Origin: Chiloscyllium plagiosum
Taxonomy: Eukaryota
Assembly (NCBI RefSeq): GCF_004010195.1
Contig: NC_057728.1
Location: 40,710,425-40,730,424 of the forward strand
Direction: 5' to 3'
Length of the DNA: 20,000 nucleotides
A program made the position numbers and the translations under genes. Shown piece after piece: positions 19,862 to 20,000 of this stretch. A model generated the notes under the pieces. The model searched no databases. It saw nothing but the letters and a program-made list of their open reading frames with translations, and was not told the origin of the DNA. Each line of letters opens with the position of its first letter. Position 1 is the first letter of the stretch.

Positions 19862-20000
19862 ATAGAACATAGAAGAATACAGCGCAGTACAGGCCCTTCG
19901 GCCCTCGATGTTGCGCCGATCCAAGCCCACCTAACCTACACTAGCCCACTATCCTCCATATGCCTATCCAATGCCCGCATAAATGCCCATAATGAGGGAG
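19862..20000 (-). mobile_element. CR1 LINE 3' end of another, CpG-retaining subfamily; runs off the window
   Basis: ATAGAACATAGAA tail and CAGTACAGGCCCTTCGGCCC terminal motif, followed by TCCATATGCCTATCCAATGCCC (reverse complement of LDRHM). Confidence 0.8.

Noticed and set aside
1..20000. CRISPR array or prokaryotic defence system
   Set aside because: No regularly spaced direct repeats or operon-like ORFs; the content is vertebrate interspersed repeats.

Overview
Repeat-dense, non-coding vertebrate genomic DNA, almost certainly from a shark or other elasmobranch. This is inferred from an HE1-type V-SINE, HER1/CR1-type LINEs and Deu-domain SINEs. I cannot support any intact host gene; the long ORFs are decayed transposon coding sequence or low-complexity artefacts. 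The window holds several CR1 LINE fragments (the longest is about 2.5 kb with endonuclease and RT motifs), a decayed pogo/Tigger transposon, an internally deleted hAT Buster/Charlie element and several SINE families. It also holds at least eight relics of Penelope-like pseudo-LTRs with hammerhead-ribozyme motifs, from three sequence families. The most striking signal is the set of tiny (80-220 bp), non-coding, often fold-back Penelope/hammerhead insertions. They share the same end point and an optional tail of about 30-38 nt, and some have clear target-site duplications. Three of them sit within about 1.1 kb of one CR1 copy. One hammerhead core (3153-3187) looks intact. Family names come from recalled consensus features, not from database searches.
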